A DNA stretch of 52,329 bases from the sequence record NC_048799.1. One strand, 5' to 3'. This DNA comes from Escherichia phage Mangalitsa. The notes under the pieces are model-generated. The model did no database searches. It saw nothing but the letters and a program-made list of their open reading frames with translations, and was not told the origin of the DNA. A program made the translations under genes and the position numbers. Below, piece by piece: positions 36,041-46,226 of this stretch. Each line of letters opens with the position of its first letter. The stretch's first letter is position 1.

Positions 36041-36496
36041 GTGAAACAATATTCTTTCTATAATACCGACCTCATTATCGACGGTGCTCGTGTAGATGGT
36101 TTTACTTCTGGTAACGCCATCATCACTGCTCGTCGTAACGCACCTCAACACCTGCCAGTGATTGACGCATATGGTAAGTTGGCTGTGGCTACCACGGCTG
36201 ACTTGTCTGGTACTATCACGTTCCCGCTTCTGCAAACCGCAGACTGGAACGAGATTCTGTACAACCGTGCTCAGCTCACTCAAGCAACTGGCTTGTCTGG
36301 CAACAAATCTCTTTGGACTCCGCTCCAGATTCAGATTGTTGACAAGATGGGTGATGTTCTTGTTAACGGTGTTAACGGCGCAATTCTGCAACAGCCCGCT
36401 ATCCAGCGTGGCGTTAGCTTCACGTCTAACGTGTGGGCTATCTTTGTAGAACGTCTTCAGATTAAGACTGGCTCTTATCCTGAAATTGGCGTTTAA
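36041..36496 (+). CDS. putative tail tube protein
   Basis: 151 aa, positional. Confidence 0.45.
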   Translation: MKQYSFYNTDLIIDGARVDGFTSGNAIITARRNAPQHLPVIDAYGKLAVATTADLSGTITFPLLQTADWNEILYNRAQLTQATGLSGNKSLWTPLQIQIVDKMGDVLVNGVNGAILQQPAIQRGVSFTSNVWAIFVERLQIKTGSYPEIGV

Positions 36497-36511
36497 TTAT
36501 TTGGAGTAATC

Positions 36512-36970
36512 ATGGCTTGTGAATTGCTACAACGTGAATTCACAAACTCCAAAGGTGAACCAGTGCTAGTCGTTGTTCGACAACTGTCGGCTTCGGCTGC
36601 ACTGTCTCTTCACGCGGAGTTGGTAAGCAAGATTGGCTCACGGGTATTTCCATTCATCGAAGGCAAATATAACTTCGCTGATATTATCTACCTGATGCAG
36701 CAAGTGGAGCATACCGTATTCACAGAACTATTCAAACGTGTTATCAGTATGCAGTCGTCTAAAGATGGTCAAGAAATCAAACCAGCTTTATATGATATGC
36801 AATTCAACGGCGAATTAATGTTATCTTGCCACGTCTTTGCATTTGTTCTTGAAGCAAACTTCCTTGATTTTTTCAAGCAAGGGCTCGAAATCAACGAACA
36901 GAGACGGTTGGAGGCGGAGGAAGCATCCAAGCTGGCAGAGCAGAAGAATTCGAGTCCGGAGACAGTTTAG
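36512..36970 (+). CDS. tail assembly chaperone (G-like)
   Basis: Immediately upstream of the tape measure gene; contains the slippery site T-TTT-TTC near its 3' end. Confidence 0.55.
   Translation: MACELLQREFTNSKGEPVLVVVRQLSASAALSLHAELVSKIGSRVFPFIEGKYNFADIIYLMQQVEHTVFTELFKRVISMQSSKDGQEIKPALYDMQFNGELMLSCHVFAFVLEANFLDFFKQGLEINEQRRLEAEEASKLAEQKNSSPETV
36868..36874 (+). other. -1 programmed frameshift slippery heptamer T-TTT-TTC
   Basis: Canonical X-XXY-YYZ in the chaperone frame; the -1 frame opens exactly here (stop TGA at 36865..36867) and runs to 37146. Confidence 0.55.
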
Positions 36971-37146
36971 TATCCCTGTTCCCAGACATAAAGTATTTTC
37001 TGCATCGTCCTATTATTGAAGATAGTTCCCTCTGTACTCTTCGTGAGTTGCAAGATGGAACTTATTCTTTAATAGATTTGTTGTTATTCCATGACATTCT
37101 CGATTTGCGTAAGAAACTCGAACCAGTAGAAGAAGACAATGGCTAA
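36874..37146 (+). CDS. -1 frame C-terminal extension of the tail assembly chaperone (GT-like fusion)
   Basis: Open -1 frame of about 90 codons with no start codon of its own, ending at TAA overlapping the tape-measure ATG. Confidence 0.5.
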   Translation, partial: QARARNQRTETVGGGGSIQAGRAEEFESGDSLVSLFPDIKYFLHRPIIEDSSLCTLRELQDGTYSLIDLLLFHDILDLRKKLEPVEEDNG

Positions 37147-40100
37147 TCAAAAAGATTTAATGAAGTTAGGCACTAGCGAGTTAATTGCTCTTGGTGCACA
37201 GAGCGGTCTGACTTTCCATGCTGGTATGAAGAAGTCGCACATGGTTCAACAACTTAGTGCGAGTGCTGCTTCTGGATGGATGGAAACAAATGCAGAATTA
37301 ATGGGTGGAACATTCGAAGATACTGGTGAAGTTTATACAGAATCTTTTGGGGATTCATCCATGATTTCAGACGCTGCTCATGTGGCTCAAATGCTCTCAG
37401 GAGCTGGTTACACAGAAGCGTTTCACAATGCAATGAACGGTCCACAACACCATGTAGAAGCAGTTCATGCATACATGGAAAGGCTCGGTGTCAACACAGA
37501 TGATGTGTGGATGCACATGCCGAAAGCCAATCCAAACTTGCCGCAGGGCAACTTCAATATGCTTAATGCCTATATGCGAGATACTTTGCAAGGGCATCAA
37601 GATATTATGCCGGAAATCCCAGGACATTACACTGGGGATATTATGGCAGAATACTCCACCAACCGTGGAAACATTGCTGACTCTTATAACTACATGGCCC
37701 ACATGTATGTTGACCGTGAGCAATATGCAAGTCATGAATTATACGCAAGAGACATTAGTCGAGTTGCCAAACGTCTGGAACAAGAGTTGCCTTCCTCCTT
37801 TAAGGAGATTGGGTATACCGCTGCCTCTAATGTAGGAAATAAATCGGCCCCACATATTTCATACATGGATGCACTTCCGCAAATTGGCTCTCCATCAATT
37901 GTTGCTGGCATTTCACATCCTCGCCAACCTCTTAATGCGTCTGGCTTACCACTTGGTTCTTATGGCTCTGGCATCAATCCAGAATATTCCCTCACTGCAT
38001 CATTAACTGGTGGCACTGGTTGGAGCGAACCAAGCAAGGCATTATATTCATCTATTAGCGAGGCTGTTAAGTCTGCTGCTAAAGTTTACTCTGGCAAAAC
38101 CGGAATGAACAACACGCGTCATGAAGTATCTGACCGTGACATGATTATGGATTCCGCTACTCGTTATGCTGATTTGGAAGAAGCTCGTAGTGGATATGCC
38201 AACCTTAAGTCAGAGCTTGCTGACGAACCTTCATATTCTGCATCAAGTGTTCGGGCAATTCTCGAAAACACTTATGACAAAATGGATGCTGAACCTATTC
38301 GCATTCCAGAAATGAAGTCTGCGTCACAGAAGATTGTTAAGGATTCACAATCAACTTCTACAGAGTTTACTGCACAACTTGGTGAAGCAACCAACTGGAA
38401 CTCTGCCAGAATGCGTCGTGAAGAACTTGCGATTGCAAACATGGATAGTGCAGGATTCAGGGATGTATCAGACTACGGAACTGGAAAGTCCGAGTCTCCA
38501 ATCAAGTTCCATGACCTTGAGCAAGGTAGTCAAGAGTGGTTAGACTTTCGTAAGCAGTACGACGTAACTGGTTCTACAGTTGGCACGTTCCTTGGTAACA
38601 ACGCATACACCCGACCTTGGGCTGGAATGGTTGACAAACTTGGAATATCCAGAAGTAAAGAGCCAAGCGATTTCACTAAGAAGATGTTCGCTGATGGTCA
38701 CAGAACGGAAGAAGAAGCACGCGCTCGCGTAAGTAAGGAATTTGGATTCAATATTGCTCAAACTGGCGCTATAACAAATGACAACTATCCCGCCTTTATG
38801 TATTCTCCTGACGGCCTTATTGGTGATGACGCCATTTGGGAGCATAAGAATCCGCAAAGGGCTGGTAAGTTTGCTGACCTTCTTAGTGGCGACCATCCAG
38901 ACTACATGGACCAAGTTCAATTTGGTATGCACGTATCTGGTCGTAACCGCGCTCTGTTCTCTCAAACTATCAACAACGAAACCCGTTCGCAATGGATTGA
39001 GAAGGACGAAGGATGGTACGAAAGAAACCGAAATCGTCTTGATTCTGTGCTTGGTCGTCTTGATGCTGGGCGAGAGTTTGTTAGAAACAATCCTTCACTA
39101 GACCGAGAAGAACTTGTCGCTGGTGCTCGTAGTGCAGTGGTGGGTGATGGCATCTGGAAGGATGTTAAGCAACGCTCTAATCGTGGGTTTAGTCCTGCTG
39201 CTGGTACGTCAGAAGACCCATTCATTGGTTCTCGTCCTTCTTTCGACCCAAATCCTGGCGGCACTTCTGACTACAAACCAAACTTTGTTATGCACGAGCA
39301 AAACTTCCCAGCTGTAGTTGGTGATGGAAGTAATGACTCAATGGCCCTTTCTGTTAAGCGTGGTATCTTAGCGGCACAGGAAGAAAACAAACAGAAAGGT
39401 ATCTCTGGTGTAGATGCCGATTTCGATGGCAAACAAGATTCCACTGTTGGTTGGAATCAGGAACGTTTCGATGCAGCAAATGGTGGCGGCAGTGGTGGCG
39501 GCGGTGGTCGAGGATATTTCTCGGCGGGTGGAAACTTTGGCGATGACTTTGGAAAGGCAGGTGGTGCACTTGCTTCTGGCATCGCTGGTGGTAGCTTATC
39601 TTCTGCATCAAACGGTGTGATGCAAGCACTGATGGCAACTCCTGCTGGACGTATGGCGGCAGTTGGTATTGGTGCAATTCAGATTGGTAACGAAGCTGCT
39701 GACTTCATGAATGATTACATTGGTCAATCTCTTGACGCTGGCGTAGCTAATCCAAATGAATACTCTTCCATGTCGCAAGGCTTGGAAATGTTGGGGCTAA
39801 ACTCCCAGCAAGCTAACCGTTTGAATCAAACCACACATAGTGCCTACAACACCATGCTTAACGGCGACCCCAGTGCCGCTGTGAACATTGTTCGTGGCAG
39901 TAGGGGATTGCTCACCATAGGTGATATTCGCTCGACTGGCGGCGACCCCGTGGCCTTAGCTCGCATTATGCAGGAAAGGGGCAAGGAACGTGGCTGGAGT
40001 CAGGCCCGTATCGCTGGTGCTGCCGAGATGGCTGGCCTACAGGGTATGGCGAGAGCATACGACCGCACGGAATACAGCCATGAGCGAGCAGGTTCGGTGG

Positions 40101-40858
40101 TAGAAAGCGGCAGAAACTCTGACTTTGCCGAAGGTATGGCCCAATCAGAAATGTTGCAGGTGGAGCGCGCACAGCTCCTGCCAGGGTATAACGTGCCACA
40201 AAGTGTGTTATCTCATGGTGCTGCACTGTTCGAAGCTGGAAGCACTGCTGCTGGTGCTGCTAACTCTGGATACAGCCAAGCCCGACAAGTTGCTGCAAAC
40301 GTTTATGATTTTATTGCTGGTGAAGAGTCTGGTGGCAGGGAATACAACAAGGATGGTACACGAGTTACAAGCCCAACTGGTGCTCGTGGAATCATGCAGG
40401 TTCTTCCTTCTACTGCTCGTGACCCAGGTTATGGAATCAAACCTTCTGATGGAAGTCCTGAAGATGATGCTCGTGTTGGTCGTGAATACTACGATGCGAT
40501 GTACAAACGATTCGGTGGCGACCATGAGAAAGCAATGGCTGCTTACACGGATGGTGCTGGAACTGTTGACAAGGCTGTCGATAAGTTTGGAATGGATTGG
40601 CTCAGTGCTGTTCCGGCTCAGGCTCAGAAGCGAGTTAAAGCGTATCGTGATTGGGCTAAGTCTTCCGAAGGCTTGGATGAAGGTGCGACTGGATTCACAC
40701 GGAATGGTATCTCCTATGGTCAAGCTCAAACCACTGTTAACGTGAAGATTGATGCGAAGGTTAATAACCAAACTGCATCTGCCACTGTAGCTGTTCCTGG
40801 CGGTCAGACTGTGACTCAGCAAATGAACATGCACAATGGTGCGCAACAAAGAAGATAA
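37139..40858 (+). CDS. tail tape measure protein with C-terminal soluble lytic transglycosylase domain
   Basis: 1239 aa; Gly-rich segments; transglycosylase signature GEESGGREYN...GARGIMQVLPSTARDPGYG. Confidence 0.75.
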   Translation: MANQKDLMKLGTSELIALGAQSGLTFHAGMKKSHMVQQLSASAASGWMETNAELMGGTFEDTGEVYTESFGDSSMISDAAHVAQMLSGAGYTEAFHNAMNGPQHHVEAVHAYMERLGVNTDDVWMHMPKANPNLPQGNFNMLNAYMRDTLQGHQDIMPEIPGHYTGDIMAEYSTNRGNIADSYNYMAHMYVDREQYASHELYARDISRVAKRLEQELPSSFKEIGYTAASNVGNKSAPHISYMDALPQIGSPSIVAGISHPRQPLNASGLPLGSYGSGINPEYSLTASLTGGTGWSEPSKALYSSISEAVKSAAKVYSGKTGMNNTRHEVSDRDMIMDSATRYADLEEARSGYANLKSELADEPSYSASSVRAILENTYDKMDAEPIRIPEMKSASQKIVKDSQSTSTEFTAQLGEATNWNSARMRREELAIANMDSAGFRDVSDYGTGKSESPIKFHDLEQGSQEWLDFRKQYDVTGSTVGTFLGNNAYTRPWAGMVDKLGISRSKEPSDFTKKMFADGHRTEEEARARVSKEFGFNIAQTGAITNDNYPAFMYSPDGLIGDDAIWEHKNPQRAGKFADLLSGDHPDYMDQVQFGMHVSGRNRALFSQTINNETRSQWIEKDEGWYERNRNRLDSVLGRLDAGREFVRNNPSLDREELVAGARSAVVGDGIWKDVKQRSNRGFSPAAGTSEDPFIGSRPSFDPNPGGTSDYKPNFVMHEQNFPAVVGDGSNDSMALSVKRGILAAQEENKQKGISGVDADFDGKQDSTVGWNQERFDAANGGGSGGGGGRGYFSAGGNFGDDFGKAGGALASGIAGGSLSSASNGVMQALMATPAGRMAAVGIGAIQIGNEAADFMNDYIGQSLDAGVANPNEYSSMSQGLEMLGLNSQQANRLNQTTHSAYNTMLNGDPSAAVNIVRGSRGLLTIGDIRSTGGDPVALARIMQERGKERGWSQARIAGAAEMAGLQGMARAYDRTEYSHERAGSVVESGRNSDFAEGMAQSEMLQVERAQLLPGYNVPQSVLSHGAALFEAGSTAAGAANSGYSQARQVAANVYDFIAGEESGGREYNKDGTRVTSPTGARGIMQVLPSTARDPGYGIKPSDGSPEDDARVGREYYDAMYKRFGGDHEKAMAAYTDGAGTVDKAVDKFGMDWLSAVPAQAQKRVKAYRDWAKSSEGLDEGATGFTRNGISYGQAQTTVNVKIDAKVNNQTASATVAVPGGQTVTQQMNMHNGAQQRR

Positions 40859-40863
40859 GGAGT

Positions 40864-40890
40864 TGGGGAGAAATCCCCAGCTTTCCTTTA
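40864..40890 (+). terminator. candidate intrinsic terminator
   Basis: TGGGGA-GAAA-TCCCCA hairpin followed by GCTTTCCTTTA. Confidence 0.5.
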
Positions 40891-40910
40891 CATTAGTTGA
40901 ACGTGTATTA
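40891..40910 (+). promoter_or_regulatory. phage-RNAP-type promoter CATTAGTTGAACGTGTATTA
   Basis: Motif family member after the tape-measure terminator, upstream of the baseplate genes. Confidence 0.5.
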
Positions 40911-40930
40911 ATTTCAATAGGTATATCGCA

Positions 40931-42025
40931 ATGCCGTGGATGCGCAGAGTTGAGATAATTGTTTCTCGTAAAGATGACCCAAGTGTGCAGACGATATTCA
41001 AATCACATCGAATTGATTTCGAAGTTCGTTCTACTGTTGGGTGGCCCGCCGATACGGCAAACGTAACTCTGTTCAACTTGTCTTTGGAAGAAGTTAAGTT
41101 CTTGCAGGATAAGTCCTACGGAGATATGTATATCGAAATTCGTGCAGGGTATGCGGAAGATGAACGTGGCGCTTCTTCTGGTGGCGTTAAGAACTACCGA
41201 AGGTCCGAATCTTCTAGCAATGTTATCGAAGTAAATACTTCACTACCTACGCTTTTCTCCGGGATAATTACGAACGCAGTTGGCTACAGAAAGCCTCCTG
41301 AACATGTTACGCAGCTATTCTGTATTTCGAAAGCGTATGGTGCATCAACCGACTTCTCCCAAATGAAAGCAATTCCTCCTGGGTCAACCTTGAAGGATGC
41401 TATTCGCTCTATGTGTTTGGATTATGGCTTTAATACCATTTCCACATTTGGCGTAGAAGATGAAGTAATGAATCAAGTTATGCCTCGTGGTCGTGTGTTC
41501 CACGATACATTCCTTATTGAGTTTCGTGCGATGTTGGGAGAATACAACCTCCTGTTCTCCGTAACCACTGGCGAGATTCAAATATTCCCAGATACCTTTG
41601 GGGATAAAGATGCAGTAAACAGAATGTCCAAAGACCGTGAACCAATCAAGTTGGATGCCAACTCTGTTATTGGGAACCCTGTTGCTGGAATCTGCACCTA
41701 CACACTTAGCACCTTCCTGAACCCAACATACCAACCAGGCATGATTCTGGATGTGTCACCACTCCTAGGAACACAACTTCTTGCAAATGGTGTGACTGCA
41801 ATACAAGGTGATGGTATTGTTCTTAATACTGACCAATCAGTATTTCGTTGGGCTGTTGAAGATAAATACTTCATCATGGAAGTTGTTCATAAAGGTTCTA
41901 CACACGCCATTGATTATAAGACTTCCATCACTGCAATCCTTGGTGGCAATACTATGATGGGTGGTAAAGAGGCTGCGTGGCAAGAGATGTATGCCAATAG
42001 TGGCATGGCTATGGAGTCATTCTAA
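40931..42025 (+). CDS. putative baseplate hub / tail protein
   Basis: Positional (first gene after tape measure). Confidence 0.35.
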   Translation: MPWMRRVEIIVSRKDDPSVQTIFKSHRIDFEVRSTVGWPADTANVTLFNLSLEEVKFLQDKSYGDMYIEIRAGYAEDERGASSGGVKNYRRSESSSNVIEVNTSLPTLFSGIITNAVGYRKPPEHVTQLFCISKAYGASTDFSQMKAIPPGSTLKDAIRSMCLDYGFNTISTFGVEDEVMNQVMPRGRVFHDTFLIEFRAMLGEYNLLFSVTTGEIQIFPDTFGDKDAVNRMSKDREPIKLDANSVIGNPVAGICTYTLSTFLNPTYQPGMILDVSPLLGTQLLANGVTAIQGDGIVLNTDQSVFRWAVEDKYFIMEVVHKGSTHAIDYKTSITAILGGNTMMGGKEAAWQEMYANSGMAMESF

Positions 42026-42927
42026 TGTCTATTTTCGATACAAACTTAATTGATAGTGCTGCTGGTGTTCTCAAGAACTTTAGTTATGGGCATCACCCTT
42101 CAATTGTTATGTGGTCCAACGGAGTAGTTGACCAAAAGGAAGATGATGACTCTTTCCTTGGTAGCATAACTGGTGGCATATCTCGTGCACTGGAAAGTAT
42201 TCCGCTTGTTGGCGATTCTCTTCCAGAAAGTTTTAGTTCTTTTAAATTTGATGCAATGGTTAGCGAGGAACACGAAGCCGCATCAACTGTAACCAAGTTC
42301 CCTGTAAGCTCTGGCTTTCTTGTAAGCGACCATGTTATTAACCAGAACCGAGTCTTGAAGCTGACTGCTGTTGCTGTCAACATGCAGAACTCCTCAATGT
42401 GGTCTGCTTCACTACAAGGCTTGTCTGTAGCAACTGGTGCAATCTTCAACTCCCCAGCTTTGTCTGTTATGGGAAGTGCAATTGGTGCTGTTGCTTCAAC
42501 ATTTGAAACAAGCAACCGAATTCAATCAACCTACGATTTGTTTAACAATTTCCGAACAACGGGAAAGAAGCTCTACATATCCACAATACTCGGCCCGTAC
42601 CTGAACTGTGTAGTGACGTCCATTAAGGCGAAGCACGACAAGAACACTTCAGCAATGCTGGCAGTTGAGATTCTGTTGGAAGAGCTTCAAACAATAGGCA
42701 CGGATGCCTTGGCGGTGGAGGCAAGAAAGGCAATGGAATCAATGTACGACTATTCCGACTTTGCTAAGACTGCAACAAACTTAGGGATGGGTGCGCTTGG
42801 TGGTGTTCCTCTTCCAGGATTAGGTGATGTATTTGGCGCATCTTCTGTAACACAACTTGCCAACCTTAAAGGCAAACTTGAGTTACTCAATTCTCCAGTA
42901 TCTTCTGTTAAGGGTGTTCTCCTGTGA
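42025..42927 (+). CDS. putative baseplate protein
   Basis: Positional; translationally coupled. Confidence 0.35.
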   Translation: MSIFDTNLIDSAAGVLKNFSYGHHPSIVMWSNGVVDQKEDDDSFLGSITGGISRALESIPLVGDSLPESFSSFKFDAMVSEEHEAASTVTKFPVSSGFLVSDHVINQNRVLKLTAVAVNMQNSSMWSASLQGLSVATGAIFNSPALSVMGSAIGAVASTFETSNRIQSTYDLFNNFRTTGKKLYISTILGPYLNCVVTSIKAKHDKNTSAMLAVEILLEELQTIGTDALAVEARKAMESMYDYSDFAKTATNLGMGALGGVPLPGLGDVFGASSVTQLANLKGKLELLNSPVSSVKGVLL

Positions 42928-43292
42928 CAAACGCTGAAACACAAGCACAGGCATTTAATGAAATCATTAGCCTACTTCCTACAGGCTATGTGAAGACTGT
43001 CCCGTTTGATGTTTCCAAGGATGTATCCTTCGAGTTCTCTGGCGTCACAGTTAAAATGTCTGCCCTTTATTTAAACTCGTACTTGAACTGCTACATGTTT
43101 GACCTGGCTTGGGGAGCAACGAATAAAATATTCGGAATCCCTATCCGTTGTGGTGTTGATATTCTTGAACAATACTCGACACCACTTCCAAACATGTATG
43201 CAACAAATACGGTATTCCCTGGACAAGAGGTTGTAAGCTACAAACAACTCTCACTGTTCGTTATTGATGCGAGTGTTCTTGAACGTGGCTAG
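42924..43292 (+). CDS. putative baseplate protein
   Basis: Positional. Confidence 0.35.
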   Translation: MTNAETQAQAFNEIISLLPTGYVKTVPFDVSKDVSFEFSGVTVKMSALYLNSYLNCYMFDLAWGATNKIFGIPIRCGVDILEQYSTPLPNMYATNTVFPGQEVVSYKQLSLFVIDASVLERG

Positions 43293-44079
43293 TCATAACA
43301 ACAATCAAAATGCTCCAGATATTAATACCAGTTATCCAGGGCATATCTACAATTTCGATGCCGTAACACAAACGTGTGAAGTGCAGCTTGCAATTGAAAA
43401 CTTATTTGTTGGTTATGCAGAAGCATATACATTACAACCTAAGCAAAGATTGCAGGGAGTTCCTGTTCAGTTTATTCAGGGTGGTGGCTGGAGTTTAACC
43501 CACCCTGTTCCTGATGGCACTCCATGTTATGTACACTTCTCACAACGTGGCATCGACCACTGGTTATCAGAGAACAAGGATGTTGCTGGCATGATTGGTT
43601 CAAGACCTTCACCAGCATTCAGTCAATTGTTCTCGCACAATGCTGCCGTATGCACAATTGGTACTCAGCCAATTCCAAAAGTTATTGCCGGATTTGCTGG
43701 CGAGGTTACAGAACTTCGTAACGCAGATAGAAGCCAGCGACTGACAATGCACTCAAGTGGTTTAATCGAAATCATTACGGGTGCTGCCAAGATTCAAATC
43801 ACGAAAGACTCGGAGATTTTAATTGAAGTTACGTCGCAAGCAACAGTTAAAGCGCCGCAGATTACACTGGACGGCGACACAACAGTCACCAAATCGTTAA
43901 CTGTTTTAGGTGGCATGGCTGTATCTGGAACCAAAGATGGTTCTACTGCAACGTTCACTGGCAACTTCAAGATGGACGGCAACATGGTTCAAACTGGCTC
44001 CCTCACCCTTAATGGTATTAAGGTTGATGGTCACACCCACACTAACCCAGAAGGCGGCGATGTTGGGCCGATGAAATAA
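43267..44079 (+). CDS. baseplate central spike protein (gpV-like)
   Basis: Position before a gp25/W-like gene; C-terminal beta-helix-like Gly/Thr-rich region ending GHTHTNPEGG (His-x-His tip). Confidence 0.5.
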   Translation: MRVFLNVASHNNNQNAPDINTSYPGHIYNFDAVTQTCEVQLAIENLFVGYAEAYTLQPKQRLQGVPVQFIQGGGWSLTHPVPDGTPCYVHFSQRGIDHWLSENKDVAGMIGSRPSPAFSQLFSHNAAVCTIGTQPIPKVIAGFAGEVTELRNADRSQRLTMHSSGLIEIITGAAKIQITKDSEILIEVTSQATVKAPQITLDGDTTVTKSLTVLGGMAVSGTKDGSTATFTGNFKMDGNMVQTGSLTLNGIKVDGHTHTNPEGGDVGPMK

Positions 44080-44450
44080 TGGCTGGTAATTTAGCTTTAG
44101 ATTCAAACCACGACATTATTATTGGGCGTGGTGCAACACGTATATCAGGGGCCACTCAGGTGGCTCAGCTGGTTAAGTGCAGACTGTTGACATTATTTGG
44201 CGAGTGGGCTTTGGATGATACTATTGGTCTTCCTTGGTATGAATCCATTTTCACTAAGCAGGTCCGTGTATCTGATATAGAGTCGGCAGTTGCAAACATT
44301 ATTCGTGGTACTGAGGGTGTTCAGCAACTCTTGTCTATTGACATTGATGCTGATTTCAGAACTCGCCAACTTAATATTTCATTCGTAGCCATCTCTGATT
44401 ATGGCGATATTTCGGAAACTGTAACATGGCTACAATACAATATGGTGTAA
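44079..44450 (+). CDS. baseplate wedge protein (gp25 / GPW-like)
   Basis: 123 aa; IIIGRGATRISGATQVAQLVKCRLLTLFGEWALDDTIGLPWY resembles the GPW/gp25 family; precedes a J-sized gene. Confidence 0.5.
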   Translation: MAGNLALDSNHDIIIGRGATRISGATQVAQLVKCRLLTLFGEWALDDTIGLPWYESIFTKQVRVSDIESAVANIIRGTEGVQQLLSIDIDADFRTRQLNISFVAISDYGDISETVTWLQYNMV

Positions 44451-45583
44451 CAGAAGACGGGTTCGTAAGAAAGCCCGTTACAGAAGTTGTTAAAAGCCTT
44501 AATAACAAATTCATTGCAGCGTTTGGTGCCAACTTCGATGTAAGTCCTGAGTCCCCAGATGGGCAGGTTATTGGAATAGTATCAGACGAGATTGCATCGT
44601 GTTGGGAACAGGCCCAGCAAGTGTTCAACGCATATCGACCTGGCGCTGTTGAAGGAGTCGGACTTGATAATGTTTGCGAACTTACCAATACTAAGCGATA
44701 TGTTAATAAACCATCCCAAGCAACTGTGTATTGCGATGGTACTGTTGGCACTCTGGTTCCTGCTGGCTCGCTTGTAAGTGATGGCAGTCGCCAATTCAGG
44801 CTGGATACTGATGTAACCTTACCTGGCGATGTTACTGCTATTGCAACCGAGCCTGGTGAATACTACATTGCTGCCGACACAATCATTAACATTCTAACTC
44901 CGATTTCTGGTTGGACGTCTGTAACCAACCCAACAATTGGTACAACTGGTGTTGACTATGAATCAGACCCAGAACTCCGAGCACGCCGTGACAAAACAAC
45001 GGCAGTCAATTCGGCCACAACGGCAGAAGCCATCTATGCTTCACTCGCTGACCTCGATATTGATTACATTCGTGTTCGTGATAATGATACCGATGCTGCT
45101 ATTGGCAGTCAGCCTCCAGGCACTGTCTTCGTTGTAGTTGATGGTGGCACGAGTAACGATATTGCTCGACGCATTTATAATGCCAAAACTGGTGGTGTTC
45201 CTACTTATGGTGACATTGAAATCACAATCAATGACTCTCGTGGCTACCCGCATCCAATCAAGTTTAGTCGTCCAGTTCGTACCCCAATCTTTGTCAAAGG
45301 TACTTTCCGTCGTCGCGCTTCTGCAAACATTAGTTCTAACGATGCTGCCGAAAGATTGCAGGAAGCTGCCATTGCATATTTAAACAGCTTACAACCTGGT
45401 GATGATGTAGTTTGGTCAAACATGTTCGGACCGATTATGTCTGCTGTACAGTATATCGAAGTTGATTCATTGTTCATTGGTTTGTCTTCAAACCCAACGA
45501 GCACTGCAACAATTGAACTAGACATTGATAAACGTGCACAAGGTCTGGAAGCTAACATTTCATTCACTGACGTAACGGTGTAA
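44426..45583 (+). CDS. baseplate J-like protein
   Basis: 385 aa following the W-like gene, overlapping start. Confidence 0.5.
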   Translation: MATIQYGVTEDGFVRKPVTEVVKSLNNKFIAAFGANFDVSPESPDGQVIGIVSDEIASCWEQAQQVFNAYRPGAVEGVGLDNVCELTNTKRYVNKPSQATVYCDGTVGTLVPAGSLVSDGSRQFRLDTDVTLPGDVTAIATEPGEYYIAADTIINILTPISGWTSVTNPTIGTTGVDYESDPELRARRDKTTAVNSATTAEAIYASLADLDIDYIRVRDNDTDAAIGSQPPGTVFVVVDGGTSNDIARRIYNAKTGGVPTYGDIEITINDSRGYPHPIKFSRPVRTPIFVKGTFRRRASANISSNDAAERLQEAAIAYLNSLQPGDDVVWSNMFGPIMSAVQYIEVDSLFIGLSSNPTSTATIELDIDKRAQGLEANISFTDVTV

Positions 45584-45584
45584 C

Positions 45585-46226
45585 ATGGCTACTAAACATG
45601 GCTTGGAGATGTTGTTATCTCAGTATTACAACTCGCCAAACTTAAAGAAGTACATTTCAATCTTCATTGAAGAGTTTGCTGAAGTTAAACAAGCCATGTC
45701 CGACTCTGTAAAGTATCGTTACCTTGCAGATTCCTTTGGCGTCATGGTTGATGACATTGCCTACATTGTTGGCACTGAACGTACAATTATTGGCGCTGAA
45801 GCTATCGGATACTTTGGCTTCTATCGTGACCCGTCTGCATACCCAGCAGGTGATGACAACGACCCAGATGTTGGTGGCATACTTAAGTCAGATTATGACA
45901 AAGACTCCGGTGACTTCGTTCGTACCGATGAGCAACTTAAGAATGCTATTCGTGCCAGGATTACCAAAATCACTGGCAACTGTAACATCGAACAAATCAT
46001 TACATACCTTGAACTTGTAATTGGACGAGACTTAGACCTTGAAATTAGAGAAGGGTTTAAGCGAATGGATTATATTGTCCATGAGAGTTTATCTGTTGCA
46101 GACAAGGTTATGCTGGCTCACATGATTCCACGATTTAAACCTGTTGGAATCACTGTAACACTTGAAGATAATAATGGCGTTATCGACCTGGTGTTCAGTT
46201 CTAAAGACTTCCCGCCGGAGACATAA
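45585..46226 (+). CDS. putative baseplate/tail protein (gpI-like position)
   Basis: Positional. Confidence 0.4.
   Translation: MATKHGLEMLLSQYYNSPNLKKYISIFIEEFAEVKQAMSDSVKYRYLADSFGVMVDDIAYIVGTERTIIGAEAIGYFGFYRDPSAYPAGDDNDPDVGGILKSDYDKDSGDFVRTDEQLKNAIRARITKITGNCNIEQIITYLELVIGRDLDLEIREGFKRMDYIVHESLSVADKVMLAHMIPRFKPVGITVTLEDNNGVIDLVFSSKDFPPET

Noticed and set aside
36837-37019. 60-aa Arg-rich ORF overlapping the chaperone 3' end
   Set aside because: It is in the frame not used by the -1 frameshift; the conserved-looking extension is in the other frame (36874..37146)
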